This document shows positions 44,901-54,602 of a stretch of 64,000 nucleotides of DNA, piece after piece. The stretch is from a virus: IMG/VR virus record IMGVR_UViG_3300045988_133735, one strand, 5' to 3'. The translations under genes and the position numbers were made by a program. Within the stretch, counting starts at the first letter, position 1, and each line of letters starts with the position of its first letter. The notes beneath the pieces are model-generated. The model made no database searches, had not been told where the DNA came from, and saw nothing but the letters and a program-made list of their open reading frames with translations.

Positions 44901-47481
44901 AATAATATTTAAGTGCCTGTTTACGAATACTAGTGACTTTTAATGGATTATATCCAACTTCGCTTGCAGAAAGCATTTTTTCATTAAGCTCTGCTTCATC
45001 GGCAGAAATTTGATCTTCAATTTGGTGTAAGTCAAATGCCTGCTCTGGCTTTGTATATCTTCCACGTTTGCTTTCTAAACTAGTAAGTTCTCGATAGATA
45101 GATTCAATGGCTTTTAAATTATCTAACTCTGCTTGATCATATTTCTTCTGTGCAGTAACTACATCTCGATTAAAAGATCTATTTTCAGCATCAGCCTTTT
45201 TTTGAGCAGCATCAGCGATTTTTTGTTGAAGCTGTTCTTCTTGCTGCAACAATCTATTAGCTTCTTGTTGTGCTTTTACGTCTATAATGTTTGAATCTAT
45301 TTTGGATTTTGTGGTTCCCTTCTTCTTGGATTCTTTGCCAGCCGCTTCTTTAATTGCATCAACAATCTTCGCATTTTTCAGAATCAGATTGCCCGCGATA
45401 TCGAATTCCTTTTTCGAAATCTCAACATCATCAATCTTGACATCAGCTGCTTTGATTTTTACAGAGCCATTAAGTTTCAGGGGATCTGGTCTCTTGATAT
45501 CTTCATCTTTGAGTTCGACCTTGCCCTTTAAATCAATGACATCAGGTTTTTTAACATCATCCTTTACGTTCTTCTTTTTGCCCTTGGCGGTATCGTTAAC
45601 CGTAACGTTAGACACTTTGCCTTCCAGTTCGACTGCCGTTTTCGGAGGAGTGATGTCAGAAACCTTAAGTTCAACCTTACCGGGGATTTTCACAGATCCC
45701 TTCGGAGGAGTTACGTCTTCTACTTTAAGAGTTACCTTGCCGGGAATATTAACCGGTGCAGTCGGATCAACCGTGACAGTTCCGGGAATAGACACAGGAT
45801 TTTTGACATCCACGACAACGTCTGCATCTGTGATAGTAACTTTACCACGTATCGGCACAACATCATTAGCATTACTTTGATTATCATTCTTAGGGATATC
45901 TGGTTTATCAGGTTCATTTAACGATTTATTCAACTCATCTTTAACATGTTTTGCTGCATCTTTTTTAAGATGGAGATCAATAGGGGCTGAAATATCTTTA
46001 AACGCCTCATCAACTTTAAGCTGAAGAACGGCCGGATCAATATCGAATTTAACGTCTTTTACATTATAGACCCCGTCTTCAATCTGATTTTTTCCACCAC
46101 TATTTTGAGCGGCTTGCATTTTAATTTCTTGATTCTTGATAAAATCTGCGAGGTTTGTTGTTTCTGCAAATTTTGCAATTTTATCTGTATCAAATTTCTT
46201 GAAAAGGGCTTCATATTGCATGAGTTCATTCGAAAGTCCTTCGCGTGTTAGCACTGTTGCGGCGAGAATGCTTTTTTCTAAATCCACAGCAGTTTTACGC
46301 GCATCATTGATTGCATTCTGTTTATCTGCAATATTGCTCAATACCTTATCGAGTTTTTGCCCATACGTTTCAATAGTCGAAGCGTCTAAATGCCCAGAAG
46401 TGTCTGTTTTTTGTGCAGCGTTCGCTTCTTTTTGGACGTCTTTTATTTCTGCCTTAACAGCCTTTGCACTAGAGTTAATTTCTGATATTTTAGCATGGAC
46501 ATTCCCAAGCTCACCTGATACATTGTCCAGGACAGAATTGAACGATATTTTATTATCACCAGTTAATCCGTTTATTAACTTGGAAAAATCCATGACTTGG
46601 TCAGTTGTTTTAAATGCGTCTTTTGATTTATCAATAATCTCATCTAAAAAATCATCGATGGACATGAATTCTTTCAGCTTTTTGTTTAAATCAAAACCCT
46701 GTGCATTAAAGACATCCAATTTATCTTTGAATTTGTCTGAATCAAATGCAGAATATACAGAATCTAAAATTGATTTTAATTCTTTTGCCTTACTTCCAAG
46801 CTGAGTAAATTGATCATTAAATGCATTTATATTAATTTTATCGTCATCTAACCAATTGTCTGCATATAATCCAGCCCAAATATCTTTTATTTCATTTACA
46901 AGATTTTCGACTTGAGATAAATTTCTTTTCTTTGTTGTATCTGAAATTTTATAATTCAATAAATCGTTGATATTAAAAGTCCCAGATAAACCACCAACAA
47001 ATTCATCACTTACCTCATTCGCAACTTGTTTAGCAATTGTTTTGAATTCTTTCGTAGGGAATATATCATTTACAAAAGAACCCAATCGATCTGTATTACT
47101 TGTTAAATTTTTTAGATAATAACTTAATTGTTGATTGACTTCTTTTAGTTGATTTTTTAACTGCTTAGTCAACTCACTCGAAAAATCATCAACGTTAACA
47201 CCAACAGTAACTTTCGGAATATCGCCAATGCCGTTAATTTGCTGTTGAATATCAGTTTTTAGTTTTTCAGTATCGACAACAGGCGTTATACTTGCAGTTG
47301 CCTTGATGTTTTTTAATTTATCTTCGACCTTCTTTTTTATGCCATCAACATTAGGGTCAATATCAATCTGTGGCTTTTCACCGCTTTGTTTTACTTTTCG
47401 CTCAATGCTCGTCTTTAACTCTGTTGGTTTGATTTGTGGATCTACCTTAACTTTGATACTCAGTTCTGGTTCACGCGCCAT
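41989..47481 (-). CDS. tail tape measure protein, exon 1 (1831 codons)
   Basis: Long coiled coils, then a TP901-type TMP core (ALRIVYQNVVEIDTAVTELRKVSEYTG...ADWKRLGY...STLQGFGL). The 47 codons after ...ATQLG in the track ORF are intron read-through. GGAGGAATATAAT precedes ATG 47481. Confidence 0.8.
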
Positions 47482-47508
47482 ATTATATTCCTCCTTTGGA
47501 GCCGAATC

Positions 47509-47538
47509 TAAAAAAAGCAGGCTTTAATAAGTCTGCTC
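47509..47538 (-). terminator. hairpin plus T-run upstream of the tape-measure start
   Basis: Minus strand: AGCAG...CTGCT stem followed by TTTTTTT. Confidence 0.45.
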
Positions 47539-47548
47539 ATCTTTTTAA

Positions 47549-48013
47549 TTATTTGTCGTGCTCGATTCGATTTTTTAGTAGCTTTACAATATCAGCGTAT
47601 CGATAATCGATGTCGTCTTGTGTGTTTTCCATGAATGGACGTGGTTTTGTCCACTTATATTTTCTATAATTCCACGGATTGTAAGCGCCTTCTTCGATTA
47701 TACGTGCCAAACTATCTGGTTTGTTTTTGAAATTTGGAGCGTCTAAGCGTGGTCCATCAATGGGAGCTTCTTCATACACATATAGCGTGTGATCTCGAAC
47801 TTTGTGTTTTAGATTTTTATCGTCTACTAAGCCACCAGATCCCTCGCGCCGTTCATATTCGACGGGGGAGTAGGTTGAATACACGTCTTTCTGTACATGA
47901 GATTTAAGCCGCTCTTTTACAGTGCTTGCAATTTCGTTTTTTAGTGCAAGATTTGCACGCCTCATGATTTCAGTCTGAAGAGCATCCACCGTGGTAGCTG
48001 TAAACTTTGCCAT
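47549..48013 (-). CDS. tail-module protein (154 aa)
   Basis: GGAG RBS before ATG 48013; the track start at 48085 lies inside the upstream gene. Position just upstream of the TMP. Confidence 0.45.
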   Translation of the reverse strand: MAKFTATTVDALQTEIMRRANLALKNEIASTVKERLKSHVQKDVYSTYSPVEYERREGSGGLVDDKNLKHKVRDHTLYVYEEAPIDGPRLDAPNFKNKPDSLARIIEEGAYNPWNYRKYKWTKPRPFMENTQDDIDYRYADIVKLLKNRIEHDK

Positions 48014-48017
48014 AATC

Positions 48018-48539
48018 TTACTCCTTGTCTTTGGTGACCACTGTGGCGTGAATTCCATCAAGTACGCCTTCTGGAGTTTTAACATTATAGCTGTTATCGA
48101 AAACGGGCTTTGTCATGTTCTCTTCAGAAATAGTTTTAATCATTTCTTTCATATTAAACTGCTCGCCAATACCATTCAGCACATCGGCTGCTAACTTCAT
48201 CAACTCCTCAAACGGCTGATTCTTTGCAGTTGCCTCGAACAGCGCCATATACTGCTGACGTTCAATCTCGATCTTCTCACGGCAAGCCTTGTTCAGCGTA
48301 CCAAGAATATACTTGCGAGGAGCTTCGTTCATCATCTTTGTGGTCTCATCAGAAAATGCCAGCTCGCTCAGCGCGTTCTGATCCATGCCGGTTGTATCAG
48401 TGTCTGTAAAGTAGACAACAGCAGCAATACGGAAAGCATAATCATATAGTGCGGGATCATACTTGCCATTACGCTTTGACAGGTCTACAACACCATCAAC
48501 AAACTGGATGCGCTCTTCTAGGTTCAGATTATATTTCAT
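48018..48539 (-). CDS. probable tail assembly chaperone
   Basis: Acidic 173-aa protein between the tail tube and the TMP. Confidence 0.4.
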   Translation of the reverse strand: MKYNLNLEERIQFVDGVVDLSKRNGKYDPALYDYAFRIAAVVYFTDTDTTGMDQNALSELAFSDETTKMMNEAPRKYILGTLNKACREKIEIERQQYMALFEATAKNQPFEELMKLAADVLNGIGEQFNMKEMIKTISEENMTKPVFDNSYNVKTPEGVLDGIHATVVTKDKE

Positions 48540-48544
48540 AATTA

Positions 48545-49096
48545 TTAGTCCTCCTGTGTAATTTTATTTCGTTCAAGTCTCATCAGTGCGGCAGTCGCAA
48601 TACACATCGCGTCAGCTTCATCAGAAGAGACATTTTCACCATAGTGTTCGGCTACATAGTCAATAGCCTGCTGTTTTAGTTCGGGGCGTTTTACTTGCCG
48701 CCCCTGTTTGAAATCGAGCATTTTGCGCCATTCAGTCGGCTTTATGATTTCATATGGGATATTGAATAGTTCACACGCTCCAATAATCGCCCCCTGCAAC
48801 TGCGCAAGCTGAATTACTGTCTTGGCTGATGCTTGCAGCGCCACGTCTTCAATTACGACAAGATCGGGATTGTTGGTTTTGATGCGGCTCTGTATCATCT
48901 GGCGCATAATGGCGCGACGCTCAACTGGGTCTTTGGTTTTACTTAAATCAATTAGCGAGTGATATACAGTGCCGTCGTCTAATGTACAAACACCGGTCTT
49001 TATTAGCGCTTGGTCAAAAGCTAAGATTTTTATAATAAACACTTCCTTTTTGTTTTGGAATATGGTAGAATTCAAACTTGAAGAACACCTGCACAC
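48545..49096 (-). CDS. RuvC-like Holliday junction resolvase (start uncertain)
   Basis: Acidic catalytic residues in the RuvC order: ILAFDQ, VVIEDV, SSDEADAMCIA. Confidence 0.7.
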   Translation of the reverse strand: MCRCSSSLNSTIFQNKKEVFIIKILAFDQALIKTGVCTLDDGTVYHSLIDLSKTKDPVERRAIMRQMIQSRIKTNNPDLVVIEDVALQASAKTVIQLAQLQGAIIGACELFNIPYEIIKPTEWRKMLDFKQGRQVKRPELKQQAIDYVAEHYGENVSSDEADAMCIATAALMRLERNKITQED

Positions 49097-49186
49097 CCCT
49101 CTTGGGGCTTATTCAATCATGTGGACGTTATCGTAGGGGCTTCCCGGAAATCCAGTAGTTCGGCTGCTGGTAGAAAGGAGGACCCT

Positions 49187-49288
49187 ATGGAGTTTAACTT
49201 TGCGACTCTGCGAGAAATCGTTGGTTTTGTAGCTGATTTGACAGTCATTGTCTTGTTCACTATGAAAGTAAGCCAGCGCCGGGCGTAA
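49187..49288 (+). CDS. 33-codon hydrophobic peptide, type-I-toxin-like (below the ORF-track cutoff)
   Basis: My translation gives MEFNFATLREIVGFVADLTVIVLFTMKVSQRRA. AAAGGAGG RBS 6 nt upstream. It is the opposite-strand ORF in a ~375-nt noncoding gap of the - strand tail operon. Confidence 0.4.
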   Translation: MEFNFATLREIVGFVADLTVIVLFTMKVSQRRA

Positions 49289-49420
49289 GCGGTGCCATCT
49301 GTCCGAGTTTTTACTGAAGCCTCTATGCAAATTAGAGAGCTGGTCCGCTGTGTGGGTGTTCTTCTTATTTGTGAGTTTCCTCATATCAACGCATGACTGC
49401 TCAAGCGGTCGTGCGCTCAT

Positions 49421-49450
49421 AAAAGGGGTAGAGCCCCGAAAGACTCTACC
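49421..49450 (-). terminator. rho-independent terminator after the tail tube gene
   Basis: Minus strand: GGTAGAGTC, loop TTTCGG, GGCTCTACC (one G-U pair), followed by CCTTTTAT. Confidence 0.65.
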
Positions 49451-49470
49451 TCTGATTTACTATTCGACAA

Positions 49471-50196
49471 TTACTCACCATCAAAGACCAAGTCGAACAT
49501 GTTGCCATCAGCATCAGCCAGAACGTCGAAGGTCATGGTCAGGGAAACTGGATCGCCGGTATTCTGCCAGGACAGCTCGAAACCAGCCTGCGGAACAGCC
49601 TTATACCAAATCGGATGGGCCTCGATAATGACATCGTCTTCGGTCTTGTAGGGAATAGAACCCTCGACACGATATGCCTTGGGGAAGTGCTTGGAATCGA
49701 GGTGCACCACCTGAGGCTTAGCAGACTTCTTGTAGTAATACACAATATAGTCAACGCCGCTCTCGACGGTAACGGTGACTTCCTTCTCAGACACGGTAGC
49801 TGTCAGCTCGGTACCCAGATCGTCGTCGGCCTTGAAGACCTGCACGTAATCACCAGCAGCAGCCTCGCTCAGAGTCAGCTTGGCAGTGTCGGCAGCGGTA
49901 ACCTTCTCGCGCTTCAGGAAGTTTGCAGTGGTACCCAGATCGTTACCAGACAGCATCTGGAAGACCTTGACGGGATACACCTGAGCCTCGATGGTCAGAG
50001 TGCCGGTACGAGAACCGTCGAACTGCACGCGGTTGGGAGCTCCCTGACCGCCAGTAGCAAACACACGGTCACCTTCGAAAGAAGTAGAGGTGACGTTAGC
50101 CCAATCGACATTTAGGAACATCTTCTTGGTGGAATAGTTCTTCAGCATCAGGTCAGCAACTTCGCGGTTGGCAAAATTAGCATTCTTGTTAGCCAT
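49471..50196 (-). CDS. major tail (tube) protein
   Basis: 241 aa. Assigned by position, by codon usage typical of highly expressed genes, by the following terminator, and by a C-terminal pattern (KAYRVEGSIPYKTEDD...WYKAVPQAGFELSWQNTGDPVSL) typical of siphovirus tube proteins. Confidence 0.6.
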   Translation of the reverse strand: MANKNANFANREVADLMLKNYSTKKMFLNVDWANVTSTSFEGDRVFATGGQGAPNRVQFDGSRTGTLTIEAQVYPVKVFQMLSGNDLGTTANFLKREKVTAADTAKLTLSEAAAGDYVQVFKADDDLGTELTATVSEKEVTVTVESGVDYIVYYYKKSAKPQVVHLDSKHFPKAYRVEGSIPYKTEDDVIIEAHPIWYKAVPQAGFELSWQNTGDPVSLTMTFDVLADADGNMFDLVFDGE

Positions 50197-50201
50197 AATT
50201 G

Positions 50202-51002
50202 TTATCCTCCTATGTTTTCATCTTTTTTATCGATGCGTTCTATCCACTGTGACGGGTCATACTTTCCGCCCCAAACTGAATAGTTCATCTCTGCGATATT
50301 TAATTGTTTTGCCTTCATCAGTTGGGAGAACGTGTCTCGTATCTGACCAATGGTGAGGGCACAAATATTTGAATAATTCAGGCTCTGATGAAATGTACAC
50401 AACAACGAGATCATATTAGGCAACTCCAAATTGGGGTCGCCTTTTTTTGTTTTTGCGAACTCTTTCTTCTTTTTCTGAAATTTCTCCCAAAACAGCCGGT
50501 CTTTCTCGGTTTTAAACTTTGGATTCTCTTCGGGCATATCGTCATCCGCAATATCAAGTAGCTGCAAAATTACTTGAACAACTGTCTTGTAATTTGATTT
50601 GTTAACAAAGCCGCCAATTGACGCATTGCCTTTTGAATCGACTTGTTTATCAATCAAAATTGCGCGATATTTTTCATCCCACTCCAAATTACCGAAAATA
50701 AAAAGAGCCAAACCCGAAATCAATTCGGATCTGGCTTCTTCGGTGGCTGTTAGGATATCAAACATTGTCATTTCATTTTTTTGTTCATTTGTGAACTGAT
50801 TCCACGGATTTTCTATCTTGGCATCTGTCGAGAAGTCCGTGAAATATTTTTCTGGTGTATACAAAAATAAAGTCAATACCCGCTGATACTGGTTGTAGCC
50901 GAGCTTCAAAATATCTCCAAGAATAGGGGAGTGAATTCGACCTACTTCGCGCAGCATGACCCCATAAGGGCTGATATGGTCTATATAATTTAATCGAATC
51001 AT
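50202..51002 (-). CDS. neck / tail-completion region protein (266 aa)
   Basis: Assigned by position between head-completion genes and the tail tube. Family not recognised. Confidence 0.4.
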   Translation of the reverse strand: MIRLNYIDHISPYGVMLREVGRIHSPILGDILKLGYNQYQRVLTLFLYTPEKYFTDFSTDAKIENPWNQFTNEQKNEMTMFDILTATEEARSELISGLALFIFGNLEWDEKYRAILIDKQVDSKGNASIGGFVNKSNYKTVVQVILQLLDIADDDMPEENPKFKTEKDRLFWEKFQKKKKEFAKTKKGDPNLELPNMISLLCTFHQSLNYSNICALTIGQIRDTFSQLMKAKQLNIAEMNYSVWGGKYDPSQWIERIDKKDENIGG

Positions 51003-51499
51003 CGCCTTGCCCTCCGAAAAGTTCCAACGCGATAAACAAGCATACGACCATAATAGGGCTGTGCTGGTTTATAAATACTGCTACCCACCCATTCAAGTGG
51101 ACCAATTCCAAATTCAGCGTTGCCGTTTAAAATCTTATCAACGTCACTTACGAGAACATCGATCCGAGTACCGGCTTGTCCTTTGCGGCGATAGGTCTGC
51201 ATGAGATTTTTGCTGCAATATGCAAACACATAGATCGTCATGTCTGTAATCGTGTCGCCATTAGTTTCTTCCGGCACCACCTCAACGCACAAAAATGTCT
51301 TGGAATTCTCTTGGGTGTCTGGAACAAACTCATATTTGAACACACAGCCGCCCTTTCCTGACCCATCCTTACCAAGCAGGGCAGTTTCAGGATCTTCAAT
51401 ATCGTCAACGTCCCCTAGAAGAACATCGAGAATATTATCATCGTTTATCAGCTTTGATATTACTTTGTTTTTGAAAGAACCGATCTCTTCCAAATTCAT
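50999..51499 (-). CDS. neck / tail-terminator-like protein
   Basis: 166 aa. Assigned by position and overlapping start/stop coupling. Confidence 0.4.
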   Translation of the reverse strand: MNLEEIGSFKNKVISKLINDDNILDVLLGDVDDIEDPETALLGKDGSGKGGCVFKYEFVPDTQENSKTFLCVEVVPEETNGDTITDMTIYVFAYCSKNLMQTYRRKGQAGTRIDVLVSDVDKILNGNAEFGIGPLEWVGSSIYKPAQPYYGRMLVYRVGTFRRARR

Positions 51500-51500
51500 A

Positions 51501-52523
51501 TCAGATCACCTCCAAATCAATATCGGCGGTTAATTTACCTGACTGAACTGTCAAAGATACAATGGTTCCAATCAGCTTGGGATTATCAGCGCAAACTACT
51601 TTACATTTTGCGCTAGACACAGAATCCTCCGCGTTCTTAAAATGGATCTCATCAGGAACATGATCGCCCTGTAAAGTCCAATTTGCCATCTCACACGTTT
51701 CGCCATCGATTTTCGCTGTAAACAGCTTACCGAAACCGCCGGCTTGAACTGTCGGAGTTCCAGTAAAATCAATACTGAGAACATATTCTGGCTCAGCCTC
51801 CTGCGGTGGATAGACGACCTCTGGCGGAATTTCTTCTGTATCTTCAATAGGAACATAGTCACATATCATCTTCTCAGCGTTGTCAGTCTCTGGATTATAT
51901 AGATCCTGTTCGACGTTAAAAGAGAGAAATCCGACTTGTTCGTTATTGTAGTCAATGCGGCTTGTCATCTGGTCGACCGAAGTAATACGATATGTTTTAG
52001 GCACATCGTTAATAATTTCCAGCATTAGTCGCTTACCAATATTAAGATTGGCAGAGTATTCATCGAAAGGCATCTGGATACGGAATTCACGAGTAGAATA
52101 ACTCATCTGCTTGTTCTCTTCCAAATTGGAATAATACGGCTTTTCAACTGTAGCCCACAAAGAATGAATTTCGTGAGAATTATCGTCTTGCCATTTGATT
52201 TCCTTTCGACAAATCTGAATACGTCCACGTACTGTAATCTCATCTTCCGGGTCTCTTTCTGTAATCAACCAGTGGCTCTTGCTCCAATAGACGATGCTTC
52301 CAATAGAAAAGTCTTCACCCGGTAGAGTATGGATGATCTTTTGATCCATAACAGTTGAAGAAATAATATTCAGTTTACGCGGGATATCATCAATCGTCAC
52401 ATCTTTAAAAGAAGGACTGACTGGAGCCAACTTGTTTTGGTCATGAATTGACTTGTTAATTATTCTGTCACGCTGGGTTAGTCCATTAAGTTTAAGCATT
52501 TTTCTATATTCTGATCGAGTCAT
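51501..52523 (-). CDS. neck-region structural protein with C-terminal Ig-like domain
   Basis: 340 aa. The C-terminal ~90 aa is beta-rich and Big-like (TVQAGGFGKLFTAKIDGE...KVVCADNPKLIGTIVSLTVQSG). Confidence 0.4.
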   Translation of the reverse strand: MTRSEYRKMLKLNGLTQRDRIINKSIHDQNKLAPVSPSFKDVTIDDIPRKLNIISSTVMDQKIIHTLPGEDFSIGSIVYWSKSHWLITERDPEDEITVRGRIQICRKEIKWQDDNSHEIHSLWATVEKPYYSNLEENKQMSYSTREFRIQMPFDEYSANLNIGKRLMLEIINDVPKTYRITSVDQMTSRIDYNNEQVGFLSFNVEQDLYNPETDNAEKMICDYVPIEDTEEIPPEVVYPPQEAEPEYVLSIDFTGTPTVQAGGFGKLFTAKIDGETCEMANWTLQGDHVPDEIHFKNAEDSVSSAKCKVVCADNPKLIGTIVSLTVQSGKLTADIDLEVI

Positions 52524-52534
52524 AAGCCACCGCC

Positions 52535-52969
52535 TTACTCAGTCAACTCAGAAACCTTGTTTACTCTGAACGAGTAGCCATTCATTTCGGCTTTCAATTT
52601 CCGTTCTGAATACTGTAACAAGTCTTTCATCTGCTCCAATAGCTTAGCGGGGGAGAACATAGAGAAATCTTTTGTACTCATGGCATTTTTTAGTGCGTCA
52701 GAATTAAAGACGTAAGGCTCTAACCAGTGAACAATCATACTCAGGGCGAGAATACTCTGCTCCTTGCGAGACAGCGTAATGTTAAACATCTCAAGCTCTT
52801 CATCATAATCAGTCAGGTCTTTAGCACAGATATCTGCAAAATCGTCAATTGCTGCCTGAAGCAGGTCTTTTTCGACGGCAGCAAACATTTCGTCTGTGTA
52901 GCCTTCTTTGTCATAATCTTTGATTCGCCCACGACAGCGGGCATAGATACTTTCAAAAGTGGTTGCCAT
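52535..52969 (-). CDS. head-tail connector / adaptor-like protein
   Basis: 144-aa helical protein downstream of the capsid genes. Confidence 0.4.
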   Translation of the reverse strand: MATTFESIYARCRGRIKDYDKEGYTDEMFAAVEKDLLQAAIDDFADICAKDLTDYDEELEMFNITLSRKEQSILALSMIVHWLEPYVFNSDALKNAMSTKDFSMFSPAKLLEQMKDLLQYSERKLKAEMNGYSFRVNKVSELTE

Positions 52970-52985
52970 AGCCCGCCTCCTTTAT

Positions 52986-53519
52986 TTAGATGGTATCTTC
53001 CAGTTCAACATCCAGAGAGTCCTCCAGCGCCTTGATAGCACTGCGACTGTCCAGCTCGCCAGAATCAATCTTCTTCTTAGCCTCAGATGCGATGGCGTCC
53101 TTGGTACCGCCCGGCAAAGTGGGCACGATCTCCTTGATTTCGTCGGCGGACATATTAAATACATCCTCGAAGTCATCAGTAGACAGACTGTTCTGATAGT
53201 AACGACCAACACCCAGCTTCTTAATAACTGCGGGGTCATCAATCAGAATCCAATTCTCCTCAAAGAAGCGGCGCTGATTACCACGCATAGAAACGAGCTC
53301 GCGATACTCCATCTCCTGAATTTCACCTAGACCGCTCCACTCGACCACATAGCCGGGGTTCAGTGAGGACTTATAGATCAGGTTGCCAGAGACACCACTT
53401 CGGCACTCAACCATAGTTTCATTTGTAATCTCTGCGGTAGAAACAACGGGCTGCTCAACGGGGGTTTTTGCAGTAGTTGCCTTGGGAGCCGCAGCTTTTG
53501 TAGTTGCACGTCTTGCCAT
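52986..53519 (-). CDS. head-associated protein (177 aa)
   Basis: Directly follows the major capsid gene. Ala/Thr/Lys-rich N-terminus. Confidence 0.4.
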   Translation of the reverse strand: MARRATTKAAAPKATTAKTPVEQPVVSTAEITNETMVECRSGVSGNLIYKSSLNPGYVVEWSGLGEIQEMEYRELVSMRGNQRRFFEENWILIDDPAVIKKLGVGRYYQNSLSTDDFEDVFNMSADEIKEIVPTLPGGTKDAIASEAKKKIDSGELDSRSAIKALEDSLDVELEDTI

Positions 53520-53534
53520 TATTTCCTCCTATAT

Positions 53535-53564
53535 AATAAGAAGCGGCAGGGAAGCCCCTACCGC
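53535..53564 (-). terminator. hairpin terminator / attenuator after the major capsid gene
   Basis: Minus strand: GCGGTAGGG, loop GCTT, CCCTGCCGC (one G-U pair), followed by TTCTTATT. Confidence 0.55.
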
Positions 53565-53588
53565 CCATGTAACATTTTAATTTGATGA

Positions 53589-54584
53589 TCAGGACAGCTT
53601 GTACACGCCAAAGTCACGATCAAAGATAACGGCAATACCGGTGCGCTTCATCATCAGGAATTCCTGAGTCATATCAGCGTTGTCCATGGGGTTGCCCATC
53701 AGCATAGTGACGTCGCCCTCGGTAACGCGCTTAATGGGCTTGGTATCGCCAGCAAACACGTAGATGACATCGTCGCTCAGCAGGAAGTCGTCGGTGCCGT
53801 CCTTGTGACGCTGCTTCACAGCCACCAGAGGAGTGCCGGCCAGATGACCAATATAGCCCATTGCGTAAACATCTTCCTTAGCGGAATCAGACATGGTAGC
53901 AGTCTTGATCTTGCGCAGAGCCTTCTTAGTGCCGATAATAACAGCAGACTCACCAGTAGAAGTCTCAACGTGCTCGATCAGATCCAGCAGCTTCTCCTCG
54001 TCATAAGTACCGGTCACAGTATAGGGAGCCTGCAGCTTGGAGAACATGCCGGTGAAAGCAGCATATGCAGCATCCAGCTCCTGCTTGGTGAAAGACTTGC
54101 CGACCAGATCAACGAACTTGTTAAAGTCGATACGGCCAGCCAGCACGCGGTTCAGTTCCTCATAGATCTTCACGGCACGCAGCTGAGTATTGACAGTGAT
54201 GTCCTGACCACCCTCGATGCGCTGACGACGAATGCCCTGAGTACCTTCAGCGATATCAGCAACAGCAAACAGGCACTCCTTCTCGATATGGAACTTGTTG
54301 GTGTCGCCCAGAGACATATTGCGATCCTCGACCATGTTCATGAAGAACTCGTCGCCCTTCAGACCTTCCTCGTGGATAACATTCACCAGTTCCTCAACAA
54401 TTGCGAAAACCTGAGCGCACTTGCCGTCGCGAACAGCCTTCAGATCCAGCTTTGTGGAGCCACCATTTGCCTCAATCAGAGCCTTGCGCAGAGCCTCCTG
54501 AGTATCATTAACAGAGTAATCACCGGCGACGTGACCCTTGTAGCCATCAACAGCCAGCTTGATCAGATTAGAATCAATAGCCAT
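53589..54584 (-). CDS. major capsid protein
   Basis: 331 aa, placed after the protease/scaffold and decoration genes. Shows highly-expressed codon usage and is flanked by terminator hairpins. Confidence 0.65.
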   Translation of the reverse strand: MAIDSNLIKLAVDGYKGHVAGDYSVNDTQEALRKALIEANGGSTKLDLKAVRDGKCAQVFAIVEELVNVIHEEGLKGDEFFMNMVEDRNMSLGDTNKFHIEKECLFAVADIAEGTQGIRRQRIEGGQDITVNTQLRAVKIYEELNRVLAGRIDFNKFVDLVGKSFTKQELDAAYAAFTGMFSKLQAPYTVTGTYDEEKLLDLIEHVETSTGESAVIIGTKKALRKIKTATMSDSAKEDVYAMGYIGHLAGTPLVAVKQRHKDGTDDFLLSDDVIYVFAGDTKPIKRVTEGDVTMLMGNPMDNADMTQEFLMMKRTGIAVIFDRDFGVYKLS

Positions 54585-54602
54585 GGTATAAACCTCCTAT
54601 AA

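Noticed and set aside
33581-47481. Two independent giant tape-measure-like genes separated by a moron island
   Set aside because: The downstream ORF lacks an RBS and an ATG. The 12-nt guide sequence matches both exon ends and the junction is in frame. Exon 2 also carries the TMP features (Gly-rich hydrophobic block, C-terminal domain) that exon 1 lacks.
49109-49420. 103-aa minus-strand ORF between the tail tube and RuvC-like genes
   Set aside because: It has no RBS and is rich in Arg/Ser/His with no hydrophobic core pattern. It overlaps strand-specific hairpins and the + strand RBS-preceded mini-ORF.
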